Source of the DNA: Octopus vulgaris
Taxonomy: Eukaryota
Length of the DNA stretch: 64,000 nt
Assembly: GCA_951406725.2 (NCBI GenBank)
Contig: OX597817.1
Span: 31,186,001 to 31,250,000 of the forward strand
Direction: 5' to 3'
In this document: positions 1 to 17,609 of the stretch, piece by piece
Position numbering within the stretch: position 1 is the stretch's first letter
Layout of the letters: each line of letters begins with the position of its first letter
Translations under genes and position numbers: made by a program
Notes under the pieces: model-generated
What the model was told of the DNA's origin: nothing
What the model saw: only the letters and a program-made list of their open reading frames with translations
Database searches by the model: none

Positions 1-1868
1 TCGAGACAAATATATACATATAATGTGTGTGTTTATGTGTGTAAGTGTGTGTGTGTATGTGTGTGTATGTGTGTGTGTGTATGTGTGCTTTTGTGTGTAA
101 GTGCGTGTGTGTGTGTTTAGTCAGAAGATCTGGAGATTGTGATATAATAAGAACTAAGATATTAGTAGTCATTAATAAAGGTATCAGATTTTTATTTTGC
201 AAATAATGAGGTCTTTCTACGTCAGTATATAGTATCTGTTGTTGCTCTTTTACATAATAACACCGAGCATACGACTTAATATCGTTACCGATTAAATCGA
301 CTCATTTTTGTTTCTGATATGTCACTCCATGGCTCTATATATATATATATATATAATGATGTCTGTTTGCTCGTGACCGACGAAGACCATCACTGGTTGG
401 CTTCCGTGGGACTTGGGGACGCAGAAAAATCACAGCATTGTTATTGTTTAACCTACGATCAATCCCGATCGAAAAGTCCTATCAACAAAGGCATTCTACT
501 ATTTAGCTCTCGAGTATGTGTTGTGCAAAAATGTTAATAAATTGGTCTCAAATTTTGGCACAAGACCAGTAATTCCGGGGAAAGGGCTACGTTGATTTTA
601 TCGACACCAGTAATTAAGTGGTGCTCGCCAACTTAAATGTGTTAATAAATTAATAATATTTTTAAAACAGCGAGCTACAAGACTCGTTACTGCACCATGG
701 AAGACGCTTAGCGGCCATTCGTCCGTCTTTAAGTTCTGAGTTCAAATACTGACGAGGTAGACTTTACCTTTCATCCTTTCAGCATAGATAAAATAAGTAC
801 CACTGAAGTACTGCGGTCAATGTAATCGACTTATACCTCCCCTGAAACTGATGCCCTTGAGCCAAAATTTGAAACTAATAAATTAATACTTTCCTTGCCT
901 TTTTTTTTTTTTGTAAATTATTTACTATACCTACATATTGTCTCGAGTGTGAAGTGATAAACCTTAATATAACTTTTATGTTTTTGTTCATGCTTTATTG
1001 TTTAATATAATGCAATCCACCCATTGGTATTGTTCTAGCTCTATTACTACACCCTGCTTATTTCAATTTCGTTGTGTATCCGTATGCAGAATAAATTTTA
1101 CAGACAGGTTTGAGAGAGCAGTAGCAACAACAAACGTTCTTTTCTTTCATCTAAATGTAAGTTACTTCACTAGACGTTTCACAAACACTAATCTGTAGTG
1201 AAAATATTCGTCAGAGGTGGATAAAATCTTATACTAACAAAGCTGACATATTCAAAGCCGTCTGTATGTTTATCTTTGACATTAATGTAAGTTCTCTATA
1301 GCAGATTCAAGTCAGCTTCTTCATTCGTGTCAAGACAATTCCAGGATATTTGTGAATGTGAGCTAAAGTGTGCTTATATGTAGAGGTATATGGGGCTGTA
1401 ATGGCGCTCATGCAATAAGTGTACATGAGTATGCCTGTGATTGTTTTTACAAGATGTATACGATTGTGCAAAATAAATGTGATTGTGCAAATTTTCACTG
1501 TACACCAATAAGCGACTGGATTTGAAGGGCGTGAGTCAGTTTGCTTTGTCTTTCTTGGCAAACCCTGGGTATGTGTATATAAAATTATGCAAGAGTGTGC
1601 ATGTATGTAAGGATGGATACATGTCTAAATGTATGTATGTATGTTCGTATATGGTTGTTGTTGTTGTTTTTTTTATCTATTGAATTTGTGTTTGCGCATG
1701 TTGCGTCACATTTTTCTGTTGCTTTATAATTAGCATTTTCCTTGCTAAAATTTTGTGAATGGTTTCTTACTCTAATAATGGCTTGGAATGAGGGTAAATT
1801 TGTAGTTCGGATGCTCCATTCGCGGAGATGCGTGTGTGTATGTATGTGTGTGTGTGTGTGTGTGTGTT

Positions 1869-1906
<38 letters not shown>

Positions 1907-2869
1907 CATGTGTCTATGCACAAATACGATGTACACATGAACATGCATATATATTTGGATGTATGCATCCGGAAGGATTAGAAACATCTTTAATAATAAA
2001 CAAATACACGTATTATTACAGTTAAATTGTCTTTCTTCAAATGGTAGTTTTGCCTAATGTTTCAAGACAATAATTCTTTTAGGCAAGAGAAACGTAATTT
2101 CCTAAAATTAAATCAGAAAATAAGATTATAAAATATTCTGTAACACTATTATTCTTGTAACGAAAAAAAAAAAAGAAAAGAAAAGGATAGAAATTAACAC
2201 AGTTCTATTTACTATTTCATACTTCTCTAATGTAAAACAATATACAAGAAATAATAGCTTTCTCAGTCTTCAGTTATCAACAAGGAAAATGGCCGACGTT
2301 TGCCGAATGAGTTTAGTTAATGGACAGACACAACAGAAATAAGATTTGCCAAAACACGAAAGAAATCAGTTTAAAATAGATTGAAATGACTAAGCGTAAT
2401 TCTCAAGTAAAACTTTCACCTTTCTCGTTTAAAAACGGACAGGAATTCGTAATAAGATTGCTTGTAGTTTATTAATAATATAATCTGCTGTAGGCTATTC
2501 ATTTCGCCTTTTTAAAACAGTACTAGTCACCATTTCAGTAATCACACTAAATTCAGTTCATTGTTTTTGTGATTAAACAGAGAAAAACCAATTGGCTGCC
2601 CTCATCGTGTCATCAGTGATTTTCTTAAATAAACAACTTGAATTCGTCTATCACAATTATTATTCGTTTATTTCTATAACCGAGTTTACACTTACGAAAT
2701 AGGCTTTTCTTTCCAGTTATCTGGTTTGATTTCAACACACAACATTCTACTTTTACTTCGCAATTCTCTTATCGCTATTTCGGCAAGACTGTTGAAGTCT
2801 GTACTTCACTGACGACGTCACTAACAAATGCCTGGAGTTGTCTCCCGTACTTACCGAAAAAATAATGAT

Positions 2870-3142
2870 ATTAGTTTTACTTGCATAGCAAGTGACCTGA
2901 TCTGAGATCGTGTACTGGAACGAAAACAATTGCAGCATGGAAGGTGTTTATAAGCCATTTAAGAAACACACGAAAACTTTGTCACACAACAAACACTTTG
3001 TCACACACAAGCACTTTGTCAGTTAACAGGTCGCGGTCTCAAAGCGACGAAAATGTTTTGACAAATTGTATTTAAATGTTGAGTGCATCTAACGGTTTTT
3101 GTGTGTTTCTTAAATGGCTTATAAACACCTTCCACGCTGCAA
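2870..3142. mobile_element. Inverted-repeat non-autonomous element, HHR family E (G3-C8 core), decayed copy
   Basis: Arms gcagcatggaaggtgtttataagccatttaagaaacacac / gtgtgtttcttaaatggcttataaacaccttccacgctgc. Same family at 31340-31587, 58751-59070 and 63942-64000. HHR-like motif at 3015-3065 has G5 mutated (gttaaca). Confidence 0.75.
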
Positions 3143-4242
3143 ATGATATTAGTCATTGCCTAATATTGTATTTTATTTCTTTGCTGCATAATTACTTATA
3201 GTTGTCATTTTTAATGTTCCTTTCATTAAATATGTTAACACTAACATAACTATCGTTTACCACATTGATGATGTCTCCCAGTTATTTCTCTATAAATGGT
3301 TCTATTTTACTACATCAATCACTGTCTCGTGTTGTACATGTACTTGGTGATGTTTTCGTTACTACTTTTGTATATACGATAAGTCTATGTTTCGTTGAAG
3401 AGAACATAATAACACTGAAACATGTCCGAACTTTTTTTCCAATAGCTCAGCGACTATACTTTAAAATTGACAAATGTTTCTTTAAGGTGCGATGTTAAAT
3501 TTAATATATTCCCCTAGTATAATTTTGGAACGGATTAGTTCCATCAAGATAACATGTTATTGTATGGAAACAAATCTTTAGCAGAACAGCTAAAATTCAC
3601 AAATAAATATAATAGATATCCCATACTGAGCTGAACTCAGATATAAATTAGTAATTTACAATTGCAGATGTTCCGTTTTACATTTTAAAGCTCTTCAAGG
3701 CAACGCAAACAGCCTTTTTCCTAAAAATCGTAGGCTATATCCCTGCCTTTTAAATGGAACAAAACTTCTGCTGAAGTCTTCCATGTAACAAACAACATGC
3801 AAAAATTTGATATATTACATCGATAGACCCTATTCAAAGAATACAAGTAATTTTTGCTGTATATTTCAGAATATACGAGTAGTATAAGTGGTGTCGTTTT
3901 GGGATAGATTCGTCATTCAGAGTAAGTCCACTTTTTTTTGCTCAATGTGTATCGATTGATAATGGAGATTTTCAACGATTTGTTCTCGAATCTGAATCTT
4001 ATCTACGTGCCTCAAGCATTTTGAAAGGAGAAGGAAACAACCACTACGTCTGTAAATTTCTCCTAGAAAACCTTGTATTTTATCATCAGTAGATAAATAT
4101 TTCCATGAATCACAAAGTATTATATAACAAATTGTTATTTCTATATCCAGCAACTTTGAATAGTTTGAGGGAGAAATAGGGGACATGAAATAAAATACCA
4201 AGAGACACAGTTCTTTCCTACAGAGCAAGCCACACACACACT

Positions 4243-4273
<31 letters not shown>

Positions 4274-4509
4274 ACACATATACACACACACAAACATTCA
4301 CATAAATATATATGCGTGTATGTGTATGTATGTGTGTATTTGTGTGTGTGGCTTGATCTGTAGTAGAGAACTGTGTCTCCTGTTATTATATTTCATGTCT
4401 CCTGCATGAAATATATACAGAAAGAGAGGGAGAGAGGGGGAAAGAGAGGGGCAGATGAATGTTTGTGCATACATATGTGTGTTTAACATAAACTAAATAC
4501 GATATATAT

Positions 4510-4800
4510 CGGGCTGCCGGAATCGTGAGCACGCCGGGCAAAATGCTTAGCAGTATTTCGTCCGTCCTTATGTTTTGACTTCAAATTCCGTCGAGGTTGA
4601 CTTCGTCTTTTATCCTTCGGGGTCGATGTAGTTGACTTACCTTCCCATCGAACTTCTTGGCCTTGTATCAAAATTTGAAACCATACTTTTGTCTTTCATC
4701 CCTTCAGGATCGATAAAATAAGTACCAGTTTAACACTGGAGTCGATATAATCGACTAGTCGCTCACCCCAAATTTCAGACCTTGTGCCTTTAAGTAGAAC
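4510..4800 (+). mobile_element. tRNA-derived SINE family B, degenerate
   Basis: Matches the family-B consensus (gcacgccgggcgaaatgcttagc...ttcaaattccgccgaggtcgactttgcctttcatcctttcggggtcgat). Other degenerate copies at ~668-878 (+), 15540-15700 (+) and 19660-19880 (-). Confidence 0.75.
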
Positions 4801-4820
4801 GGATTATTATTATTATTATT

Positions 4821-4851
<31 letters not shown>

Positions 4852-4852
4852 C

Positions 4853-4895
<43 letters not shown>

Positions 4896-4896
4896 G

Positions 4897-5465
4897 CCTT
4901 TGCGCAGCTTCTAACGCTCGAGATGTACTACAGTGTCAGCTGTTCACTAACAAGTAGCACCTCTTATTTTTCGAGCACCTTCACGAGTATTCGAGCGGTT
5001 CCAAACAGTGCTGTTTTCTGCAAGTGCTCCACCCTTATTGCAGCCCCTATTTGTTCCATGTACTTCTCGAGATTTTTGTTCACTGTTCCCCGGGCTCCGA
5101 CAATTATTGGTACTACTGCTACCTTTTTCATCGACCACAACTGCTTAACTTCCCAAGTTAACCTGTCATATCTCTCGACTTTTCTTTCTTCCTTATCAAA
5201 TACCTTGTTGTCAGCTGAGCATGCTATATCGGTGATCCATCATAGTTTGGTTTCTTTCTCAATTAAGACTATGTCTGGCTTCCTATTCTCTATTTCATGG
5301 TCGTACTGAATCATAAAATCCTGTAAGATCCTTTCATTCGGCGATGCCTTCAGGTTTGTGGTCGTACCAATTTTTTGCTCTGTCAAGTCCATACTTGTTG
5401 CAAAGTGTCCAATGGACAAGCCTGGCTATAGTGTCGTGGCGTCTCTTGGGCTAGTGGCGTACATT
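4897..5465 (-). mobile_element. R4/Dong-like (REL-endonuclease) LINE, 3' fragment
   Basis: Minus-strand translation gives a KPDIVLIEKETKL endonuclease motif and VVPIIVGALG. The 3' end abuts an (AAC)n/(AAT)n microsatellite. Confidence 0.75.
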
Positions 5466-5587
5466 GGCTGGTAATATACCATACGGTTTCACCGTTTTGT
5501 CCAAAGATTCTGCACTTATCACTTTTTGCTGTGTTGTTTATTCTATATTTTATGTAGTTTTTTGTGTTGTCTATTCTGTATTTTATG

Positions 5588-5588
<1 letters not shown>

Positions 5589-5653
<65 letters not shown>

Positions 5654-5663
5654 CTTTATTATG

Positions 5664-5741
<78 letters not shown>

Positions 5742-6012
5742 ATTATTACTATTACTATTACTATTATTGTTATTCCTTCGTAACATAGTGTAGGTAAAAT
5801 TGCACCGGAGTCTTTGGTCATCTGTCAAGTCACAACAAAAACCTCAGACAGATAATACTTTCTTTAAGATGTGCGCTGTGTCCAATAAGGTTGCTTCTTG
5901 CAAGACATCAATCTGGCATAGGATTTCCAGTTGCCTTAAGAAGTTTTGAAGTTTCAATGGGATTGAGCCCACTAGCATCACTTTCACAATATTATTATTA
6001 TTGTTGTTGTTA

Positions 6013-6100
<88 letters not shown>
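5589..6100. repeat. (TTA)n microsatellites flanking a short REL-LINE 3' fragment (5775-5990, -)
   Basis: Direct triplet repeats. The fragment encodes ...QEATLLDTAHILKKVL, a typical R4/Dong C-terminus. Confidence 0.75.
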
Positions 6101-6101
<1 letters not shown>

Positions 6102-6104
6102 TTC

Positions 6105-6490
6105 TTTGTTCTTTTACTTGTTTCAGTCATTTGACTACGGCCATGCTGGAGCACCGCCTTTAGTCGAGCAAATCGATCCCAGAACTTATTCTTTGGAAGT
6201 CTAGTACTTATCCTATCGGTCTCTTTTGCCGAACTGCTGAGTTACGGGGATGTAAACACACCAACATCAGTTGTCAAGCAATGTTGGCGGGTGGGGACAA
6301 ACACAGACACACAAACACACACACACATATATACATATATACGACGGGCTTCTTTTCCAAATCTACTAACAAGGCTTTGGTCGGCCCGAGGCTATAGTAG
6401 AAGACACTTGCAGAAGGTGTCATGCAGTGGGACTGAACCCGGAACCATGTGGTTGGTAAGCAAACTACTTACCACACAGCCACTCCTGTG
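6105..6490 (-). mobile_element. tRNA-derived SINE family A
   Basis: Head ggagtggctgtgtggtaag...ggttcagtccc (A/B boxes), central (CA)/(TA) microsatellite, tail aggcggtgctccagcatggcc...gactgaaacaagtaaaag. Confidence 0.9.
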
Positions 6491-6605
6491 CATTCTCAAA
6501 AATTTTCGTATTTTTCTGTCAAGATTATATATTTCAGGAATTGACCAGTTACTGATATTGAAACTAAGTCACTGATTCCAGGCAGTAACTTGAATAATAA
6601 TAATG

Positions 6606-7937
<1,332 letters not shown>

Positions 7938-7962
7938 AAGAAGAAGAAGAAGAAGAAGAAGA

Positions 7963-7997
<35 letters not shown>

Positions 7998-8054
7998 AAT
8001 AATAACAATAACAATAATAATAATAATAATAATAATAACATCAACAACAAAGAC

Positions 8055-8200
8055 GAAAAATACCTTAGGAATGAGAAACCAGGTTCTAAATTTCCTCAAG
8101 ACACCTAATGAAAGCTGGAGGGTATATCAGCCGAAACGTTGTGTTAACAACAAACATGGGGACAAATATCCATCAAATGTAAATTATGCAAATGATTGTA
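8055..8200 (+). mobile_element. 5'-truncated copy of hammerhead-SINE family D, HHR at 8100-8145 with core G5A
   Basis: gacac-ctaatga-a-agctg..cagcc-gaaa-cgtt-gtgtt; homologous to 61017-61511. Confidence 0.75.
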
Positions 8201-8294
8201 CCATCTGATGCTTTCCATGGGCCCCAGGTCTCTGCTTCGAAGCTGTCGATCTTCTTTGCCTAGGACTTTTTGAGTGGCCACGTTTTTGTTCCAT

Positions 8295-8929
8295 AAAACA
8301 AGCCGATGTCGATGAGAAACACACGCATCAATGGTTATGAAGATCAAGGGTAAAAACAGAGATTGAAAGTTTCATATTAGCTGCTCAAGACCAAAGCTTA
8401 TTAACCCGGAACTACCAAGCCAATGTGGTAAAAATGGAGCTGACCCAAAATGCCGATTCTGTAACGATTATATTGAAACTATAGACCACCTAATCTCAGG
8501 GTGTAGAGTCTTAGCACCGGTAGAATATAAAGCAAGATATGAGAGAGTCTGCCAGTATTTACATTGGACAATATGTCGGCATTATAAAATCAAAGCCGCT
8601 GACAAATGGTATAAAAACCATCCTGAAGCTGTGACTGAGGGAGAAAATGTGTCGATTCTATGGGACTTCCCCGTACATACCTACAAAACTATAAAAGCTA
8701 ATAAACCGGATATTATTATAAAAGATCAGACAAAAAAGATGTGTCTATTAATTGACATGAGTATTCCTTGCGATCACAATATAGCGGCGAAAGAATTTGA
8801 CAAGATCAGTAAATATAAAGACTTGCTAATAGAATTTTAAAAAATGTGGCGTCTCAAGGCGACTACAGTACCAGTGATTGTAGGATCTCTAAGAATGATT
8901 AAAAAAGGTACTGAAACCTTCTTGAAAAT

Positions 8930-8930
<1 letters not shown>
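8295..8930 (+). mobile_element. R4/Dong-like LINE C-terminal fragment (CCHC plus REL endonuclease), pseudogenised
   Basis: FILAAQDQSL, CRFC...ETIDHLISGC, ILWDFPVHT...ANKPDIIIKD...CLLIDMSIP and TVPVIVGSL, with stops and frameshifts. Confidence 0.85.
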
Positions 8931-10938
<2,008 letters not shown>

Positions 10939-11739
10939 ATAGAAGCATCGCTTATATAATAAACATTATCAGCCGCATATACTTCATGTACACGAATGGC
11001 GTATTTGCCGCTAGGTGGAGAATATTCACTCAATGCACCGAATGTTAAGAACTGGAAAATCAAAGATAATTCACCTTTAATCCCATCCAGGAGTGACAGA
11101 CACATCGATGTTTCGCCATTTTTCGCCCATTTCGCCAACACCTACTCACACACACATACATGCACATTAGCACACATTGTTCATGGCATAACTTAACTTA
11201 TACCGCAAGTTGTATCTTCTTCAATCAAGTGATTGACACTTTTTTTGCACTTTTTTTTTTACCTTGTTACTTGATATTTTTTTTAATCTTCATCTCGTCA
11301 GTACGCCAAATAACTCGAAATTATTTTAGCTACGTAAAAATATTCTCGGTATACCTAGTCAAAATATATAGATATTTTACTATACATGGGTACTGGAGAG
11401 CAAACAGTTTGCTAGAATTACCAACAAAGCCAGCGGCTTGTTTAGCTTCAGAGGTCTGTGTAGTTCTGGTTGACGAGATACGGCATGTTTAAACACTGGT
11501 GTCCCAGGATCCTTTACACCAATGAGCGGAGTGTATTGAGAATATACAGTCATTGTAAAAGGGAGATATTCTCCTGTGTCATACTCAATAGCGACTAGTA
11601 TAGTTACGTTTGTATCTGCCGGAATGCATTAGGAATAAATATGCAAATCACGCGCGCGCGTGCACTCAGTGTTTGGATATTTCTAATCCTTACATAATAG
11701 CAAAATCTAAGATCTAACAGAATGTTGGAATATTCTTTC

Positions 11740-12003
11740 ACTCTTTTACTTGTCTCAGTCTTTTGATTGCGGCCATGCTGGAGTACCGCCTTTAGTCGAG
11801 CAAATCGACCCCAGGACTTATTCTTTGTAAGCGTAATACTTATTCTATCGGTCTATTTTGCCGAACCGCTAAGCTAGCGGACGTAAACAAACCAACATCG
11901 GTTGTCAAGCGATGTTGGGGGGACAAACATAGACACGCAAGCATATACACACATACACACACACACATATATATATATATGTGTGTGTGTGTATGTATAT
12001 ATG

Positions 12004-12052
<49 letters not shown>

Positions 12053-12283
12053 CCCGTCGTATATATGTATACACACACACACATATATATATATGTTTGT
12101 GTGTGTGTATACATATATACGACGGGCTTCTTTCAGTTTCTGTCTACCAAATCCACTCACAAGGCTTTGGTCGACCCGAGGCTATAGTAGAAGACTCTTG
12201 CCCAAGATGTCACGCAGTGGGACTGAACCCGGAATCATGTGGTTGGTACGCAAGCTACTTTCCACACAGCCACTACTGCGCCT
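11740..12283 (-). mobile_element. SINE family A with expanded, palindromic central microsatellite
   Basis: Full head and tail. Internal inverted copy gaaagaagcccgtcgtata...tatacgacgggcttctttc (12045-12134). Confidence 0.9.
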
Positions 12284-12624
12284 TTTGAGAATATAATTTC
12301 GAATCGTAAACTCATGTCAAGCACAGGATATAGTCTAAGCGTGTATCCATCTAGATTATTTAGAATACTTATTTTTATTCCATGCTGAAGGCGCGTGGCC
12401 TAGTGGTTAGAATGATGGACTCACGATTGCAATATCGTATTTGCGATTCTCAGACAGGTCAAAACACTTCATTTTCCGTTGCAACAGCTGTGAATAACCC
12501 TGCGATAGACGGGCATCCTATCAGGAGGGATGTTATGATTTCAATCATTTATGCGCCATGGAAATCGCGTAACCGATCCTATGACTCGAGATAGTAACGT
12601 CCAAGAGTTGATGATATTATTCAA

Positions 12625-13812
12625 GCTGGCAGAAATGTTAGCGTGCCGGGCGAAACGTTAAGCGGTATTTTGTCTGCGGCTACGTTCTGAGTTCAAATTT
12701 CGCCGAGGTCGACTTTGCCTTTCATCCTTTCGGGGTCGATTAAATAAGTACCAGTTACGCACAGGGGTCGATGTAATTGACTTAATCTGTCTGTCTGTCC
12801 TTGTTTGTCCTCTCTGCGTTTAGCCTCTTGTGGGTAGTAAAAGAATAGAAATAGGCATTTTGTCTGCCGTTACGTTCTGAGTTCAAATTCCGCCAAGGTC
12901 GACTTTGCCTTTCATCCTTTCGGGGTCGATTAAATAAGTACCAGTTACGCACTGGGGTCGATATAATCGACTTAATCCGTTTGTCTGTCCTTGTTTGTTC
13001 CCTCTGTGTTTAGCCCCTTGTGGGTAGTAAAGAAATAGGTATTTTGTCTGCGGCTACGTTCTGAGTTCAAATTCCGCCGAGGTCGACTTTGCTTTCATCC
13101 TTTCGGGTTCGATTAAATAAGTACCAGTTATGCACTGGAGTCGATATAATCGACTTAATCCGTTTGTCTGTCCTTGTTTGTCCTCTCTGTGTTTAGCCTC
13201 TTGTGGGTAGTAAAAAAAAATAGAAATAGGCATTTTGTCTGCGGTTACGTTCTGAGTTCAAATTCCGTCGAGGTCGACTTTGCCTTTCATCCTTTCGGGG
13301 TCGATTAAATAAGTACCAGTTACGCACTGGAGTCGATGTAATCGACTTAATCCGTATGTTCCGTATGTCAGTCCTTCTTTGTCCCCTCTGTGTTTAGCCC
13401 CTTGTGGGTAGTAAAAGAATAGAAATAGGCATTTTGTCTGCCGTTACGTTCTGAGTTCAAATTCCGCCGAGGTCGACTTTGCTTTCATCCTTTCGGGTTC
13501 GATTAAATAAGTACCAGTTATGCACTGGAGTCGATATAATCGACTTAATCCGTTTGTCTGTCCTTGTTTGTCCTCTCTGTGTTTAGCCTCTTGTGGGTAG
13601 TAAAAAAAATAGAAATAGGCATTTTGTCTGCGATTACGTTCTGAGTTCAAATTCCGTCGAGGTCGACTTTGCCTTTCATCCTTTCGGGGTCGATTAAATA
13701 AGTACCAGTTACGCACTGGAGTCGATGTAATCGACTTAATCCGTATGTTCCGTATGTCAGTCCTTCTTTGTCCCCTCTGTGTTTAGCCCCTTGTGGGTAG
13801 TAAATAAATAGA
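12625..13812 (+). repeat. Tandem array of SINE family B: one head plus six ~180-200 bp bodies
   Basis: Units start near 12667, 12858, 13040, 13231, 13430 and 13620 with attttgtctgc...tacgttctgagttcaaatt. Confidence 0.9.
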
Positions 13813-14884
13813 TATGATTATGGTGTATATTTTGTTCTATGGCGAATATTGTTTCTCTTACGATCATTCTATTCCTTGGACGTCAGTAGCAAAGGTTTCT
13901 TTCAAAGAAAAGCACTTGATGTACTGAGGATCTTACTGGAAAATTCCTTATCCGGGTTTAATGAATTCTCCGCTTTATAGTTGCCATGTTTCAGTTTTAC
14001 CTTTCTCTTTTAATCGGGAGAGAAATTAGAGCTCATAACTCTTTACATAATGGTATTGGGATGTGAAAGAAGAAGGTGTCCTCAAACAAGATTCGAATGT
14101 TTGCCTCGAAGTGGACTCTGCTAATCACATTCAAGGTTTAAAGGTAGTATACAGATTATGCAGAATATAATAGACTGTATCAAATAAAGGATAATACAAA
14201 ATTTATAGATTAATTATTTTTACTATAGTCATAATGGTAATGCCTGGAATTTATGATGAGGATGCATAATTGATTTCATCGATTCCAGTATTTCATTGGT
14301 ACATATTTTACGGGCTTAAAGGATAAAGGGCAAAAGTGACCTCAGCCGAATTTAGCCAGGCGTGCTAACGACTCTGCCTGCTCACAGAATAATAATGATA
14401 ACATTTAAAGAAACTTTAAAAAACAAAAGATTAAATCTGCAACCAAAGTACATACTGGGATTCGAATTCAGAATAAATACCGCAGAGGCAGACGATCCGA
14501 CATTCTTACAGTTTTATCAATCTGCCATCTTGGATTAGCACAGTTTTTTTTTTTCTTTTTTGATTTTTATCGTCTCCCAAAGGATGAACAGCAAAATTAA
14601 TGCCGGCGGGATTTGAATTGAGAACGTAGTGAGTCGGAACAAATACCAAGGGATATTCTGACTGAGCCTATCATTCTCATTTTCAGTTTTACTATAGCAA
14701 AAGATCTTTATATAGGATTACATTATTTGCCATTTTGATTTTTCTGTTCATTCTCAATGATCTAAATAAGACTTCACTGGAAATAGATCCAAAGGAGCTT
14801 GTCTTCCCAAAATCACACACAAGAATGCACATATAAACACACATGCGCGTGCACGCGCACGCACACACAAAGCCAAAGTAAATG

Positions 14885-14953
<69 letters not shown>

Positions 14954-15000
14954 ATATGCATACCTATGTATGTATATATATATGTATGTATGTATGTTTG

Positions 15001-15057
<57 letters not shown>

Positions 15058-15276
15058 TTGTAAATGTAATATGTAACAATTATTCAGTAGCCATGATAAA
15101 CTCCGAGTTTCGGATGCCGAGTTGGAAATCCACGCCGCCATCTCTTCAGTTATCCGGCCATCAGAAAAATGCTATGAAAAATGACTACCGAATAATTGTC
15201 ACATATTACATTTAAATTCCTCAGTTTACATAATATCGAGGTCTCCTTCTTTCTTTTGTTGTCTTACCATTTTTGT

Positions 15277-15363
<87 letters not shown>

Positions 15364-15729
15364 CATGTATATATACATACATATGTAAGTATACATGTAT
15401 GTATTATACTTTTACAAGAAAAGACGTTGTCACTTCTGTTCTTGTCTAAAAGTTTAATAAACCTGACATATACTGTGCTAAGTGCATTGGGTAATTTTTC
15501 AATCTAATGTGAAAATGCTAAGCGCCATTTCTCTCTTTACGCTTGGCTCTTTACGTCTTGAGTACAAATTCCGTTGAGGTCGACTTTGCCTTTCATCCTT
15601 TCAGGAACGATGGACTAAGTAACTGTTGAGTACTAGGAACGATGTAAGCATCTTGCCCCACCTCTCAAAATTTCAGGTGTTGTGCCTATAGTAAAAAGAA
15701 TTATGACTTGACATAAATACAAACGTTAA

Positions 15730-16147
15730 TGTAGGCGCAGGCATAGCAGTGTAGTAAGAAGCTTGCCACCCAACCACACGGTTCTGAGTTCAGTCCCACT
15801 GCGTGGCACCATGTCCTCTTCTGTAGCCTCGGCCCGACCAATGCCTTGTGAGTCGATTTGGTAGACGAAAACTGAGTGTAGTCCGTCGTATGTTTGTATA
15901 TATGTGCGTGCGCATCGTGCGCATGTGTGTGTATTCGTGCGTGCGTGTATGTGTGTGTGCTTGACAACCGATGTTGGTGTTTCACATCTCTGCAACTTAA
16001 CGGTTCGGTTAAAAGGAGTCCGATAGAATAAGTACCCAGTGTAATAAAATTAAGTATTGGATGGGAGGGTGCGATTTCATCGACTAAAAATTCTTCAAGA
16101 CGATGCCCGAACACAGCCGCAGTCTAATAACCGACACAAGTAAAAGT
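15730..16147 (+). mobile_element. SINE family A, diverged
   Basis: Head ggcgcaggcatagcagtgtagtaagaagcttgcc; tail ...gacacaagtaaaag. Confidence 0.85.
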
Positions 16148-16969
16148 AAAATATATAAACAGAGATGTATAAATACATACTGAAGGACAGACCCGCGACA
16201 TTTTAGGAGTTCCCTATTTTGAGTCCTACAAAAAATAATTGAGAAAGAAAATTATCGCTCCTATCAGTAAACCCCTAAATTTTGAAGCTTTAGCTTTTCT
16301 GTCTTTCTCACAGCGCAACAACTTCACAAAAACACCGGCATCATTCGTTGCTGTAGACTTTTCAGCTGAACACTCTCATTAAACTATCCCCATTTTCCAT
16401 TAGAGCAGTATCTATTTCATCCAGAAACCCTTTTATTTCAGACAAAGAGAATTTCTACGCAGGAGAACTAAATTTTACTAAGCCAGCTAAAAAAAAATTT
16501 TTTTTTCCAAGGGAAGTAACTTTTACTAGTTATCTTTTGAATTACTTCCCTGTAGTTGTTTGTAATATTTTATTAATATATTACAGTATTAATTGCTAGT
16601 AATTCAAAATCGTTAGAACGTTGACCAGACTTCTTCGTGATACATAATTACCTCCTTTCATATAGTATAATTTCGAATCCCGCCATGACCAACCTTGCCT
16701 TCCATCATTAGGGAGTTAATGAAACAAAATATCGGTGACGTATCATAGCGATCGATATTTTGTTTTTCAATACGAAATTACTATTGCTAATAGTTATGTT
16801 ATCGATGACTGAATTATGAATGACAATCACCGGTTTTAAATTAGAAAACATAGAATAAAAATAAGAATTTTTGCAATAAGTCATTTCTAAAGAGATAATT
16901 TTTTTCCTATTTTCTACTCTGTGCATCATATATATCTCAAGTCGTTCTTTCAATCAGTGTTTGAACAGA

Positions 16970-16971
16970 CA

Positions 16972-17022
<51 letters not shown>

Positions 17023-17071
17023 ATCTATCTATCTCTATCTCTCTCTCAACCTCTCTCTCAACCTCTCTCTT

Positions 17072-17119
<48 letters not shown>

Positions 17120-17156
17120 ACTCTCTCTCCCACTCTCTCTCTATCTATCTATCTTC

Positions 17157-17187
<31 letters not shown>

Positions 17188-17207
17188 CTTTCTCTCTCTC
17201 TCTCACA

Positions 17208-17239
<32 letters not shown>

Positions 17240-17324
17240 ATCTATCTATCTTTCTCTCTCTCTCTCTTTCTCTCTCTCTCACACTCACTCTCTCTCTCTC
17301 TCTCACACACTCTCTCTCTCTCTC

Positions 17325-17373
<49 letters not shown>
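16970..17373. repeat. Long (CT)n compound microsatellite
   Basis: Direct observation. Confidence 0.95.
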
Positions 17374-17376
<3 letters not shown>

Positions 17377-17609
17377 CATATATATCTAAACAAGATAGAA
17401 GGTGACAGAAAAAGTTTACTCATTAAAAATTGCGAATTTTCAGAAGTAGAGTACATGTTCAAAAAACTCTCTTCAGAAAGATGTTTATATGTTCTAGCAT
17501 TTCCTGGATTTAACCAATGGATTACACACTCCAGGTTTTTAGATTCATCCAGTAAAGAAATATTACGTGAATAAATATTACAATGAATAAATAATGCAAA
17601 AGCATAGAA

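Noticed and set aside
3500-4170. ORF 3917-4297 with faint piggyBac-like words (YIILCDS)
   Set aside because: Too degraded to assign without a profile search; the N-terminus is microsatellite.
12625-13812. Regular repeat array that could be mistaken for CRISPR
   Set aside because: Units are ~190 bp SINE bodies without unique spacers; eukaryotic context and no cas genes.
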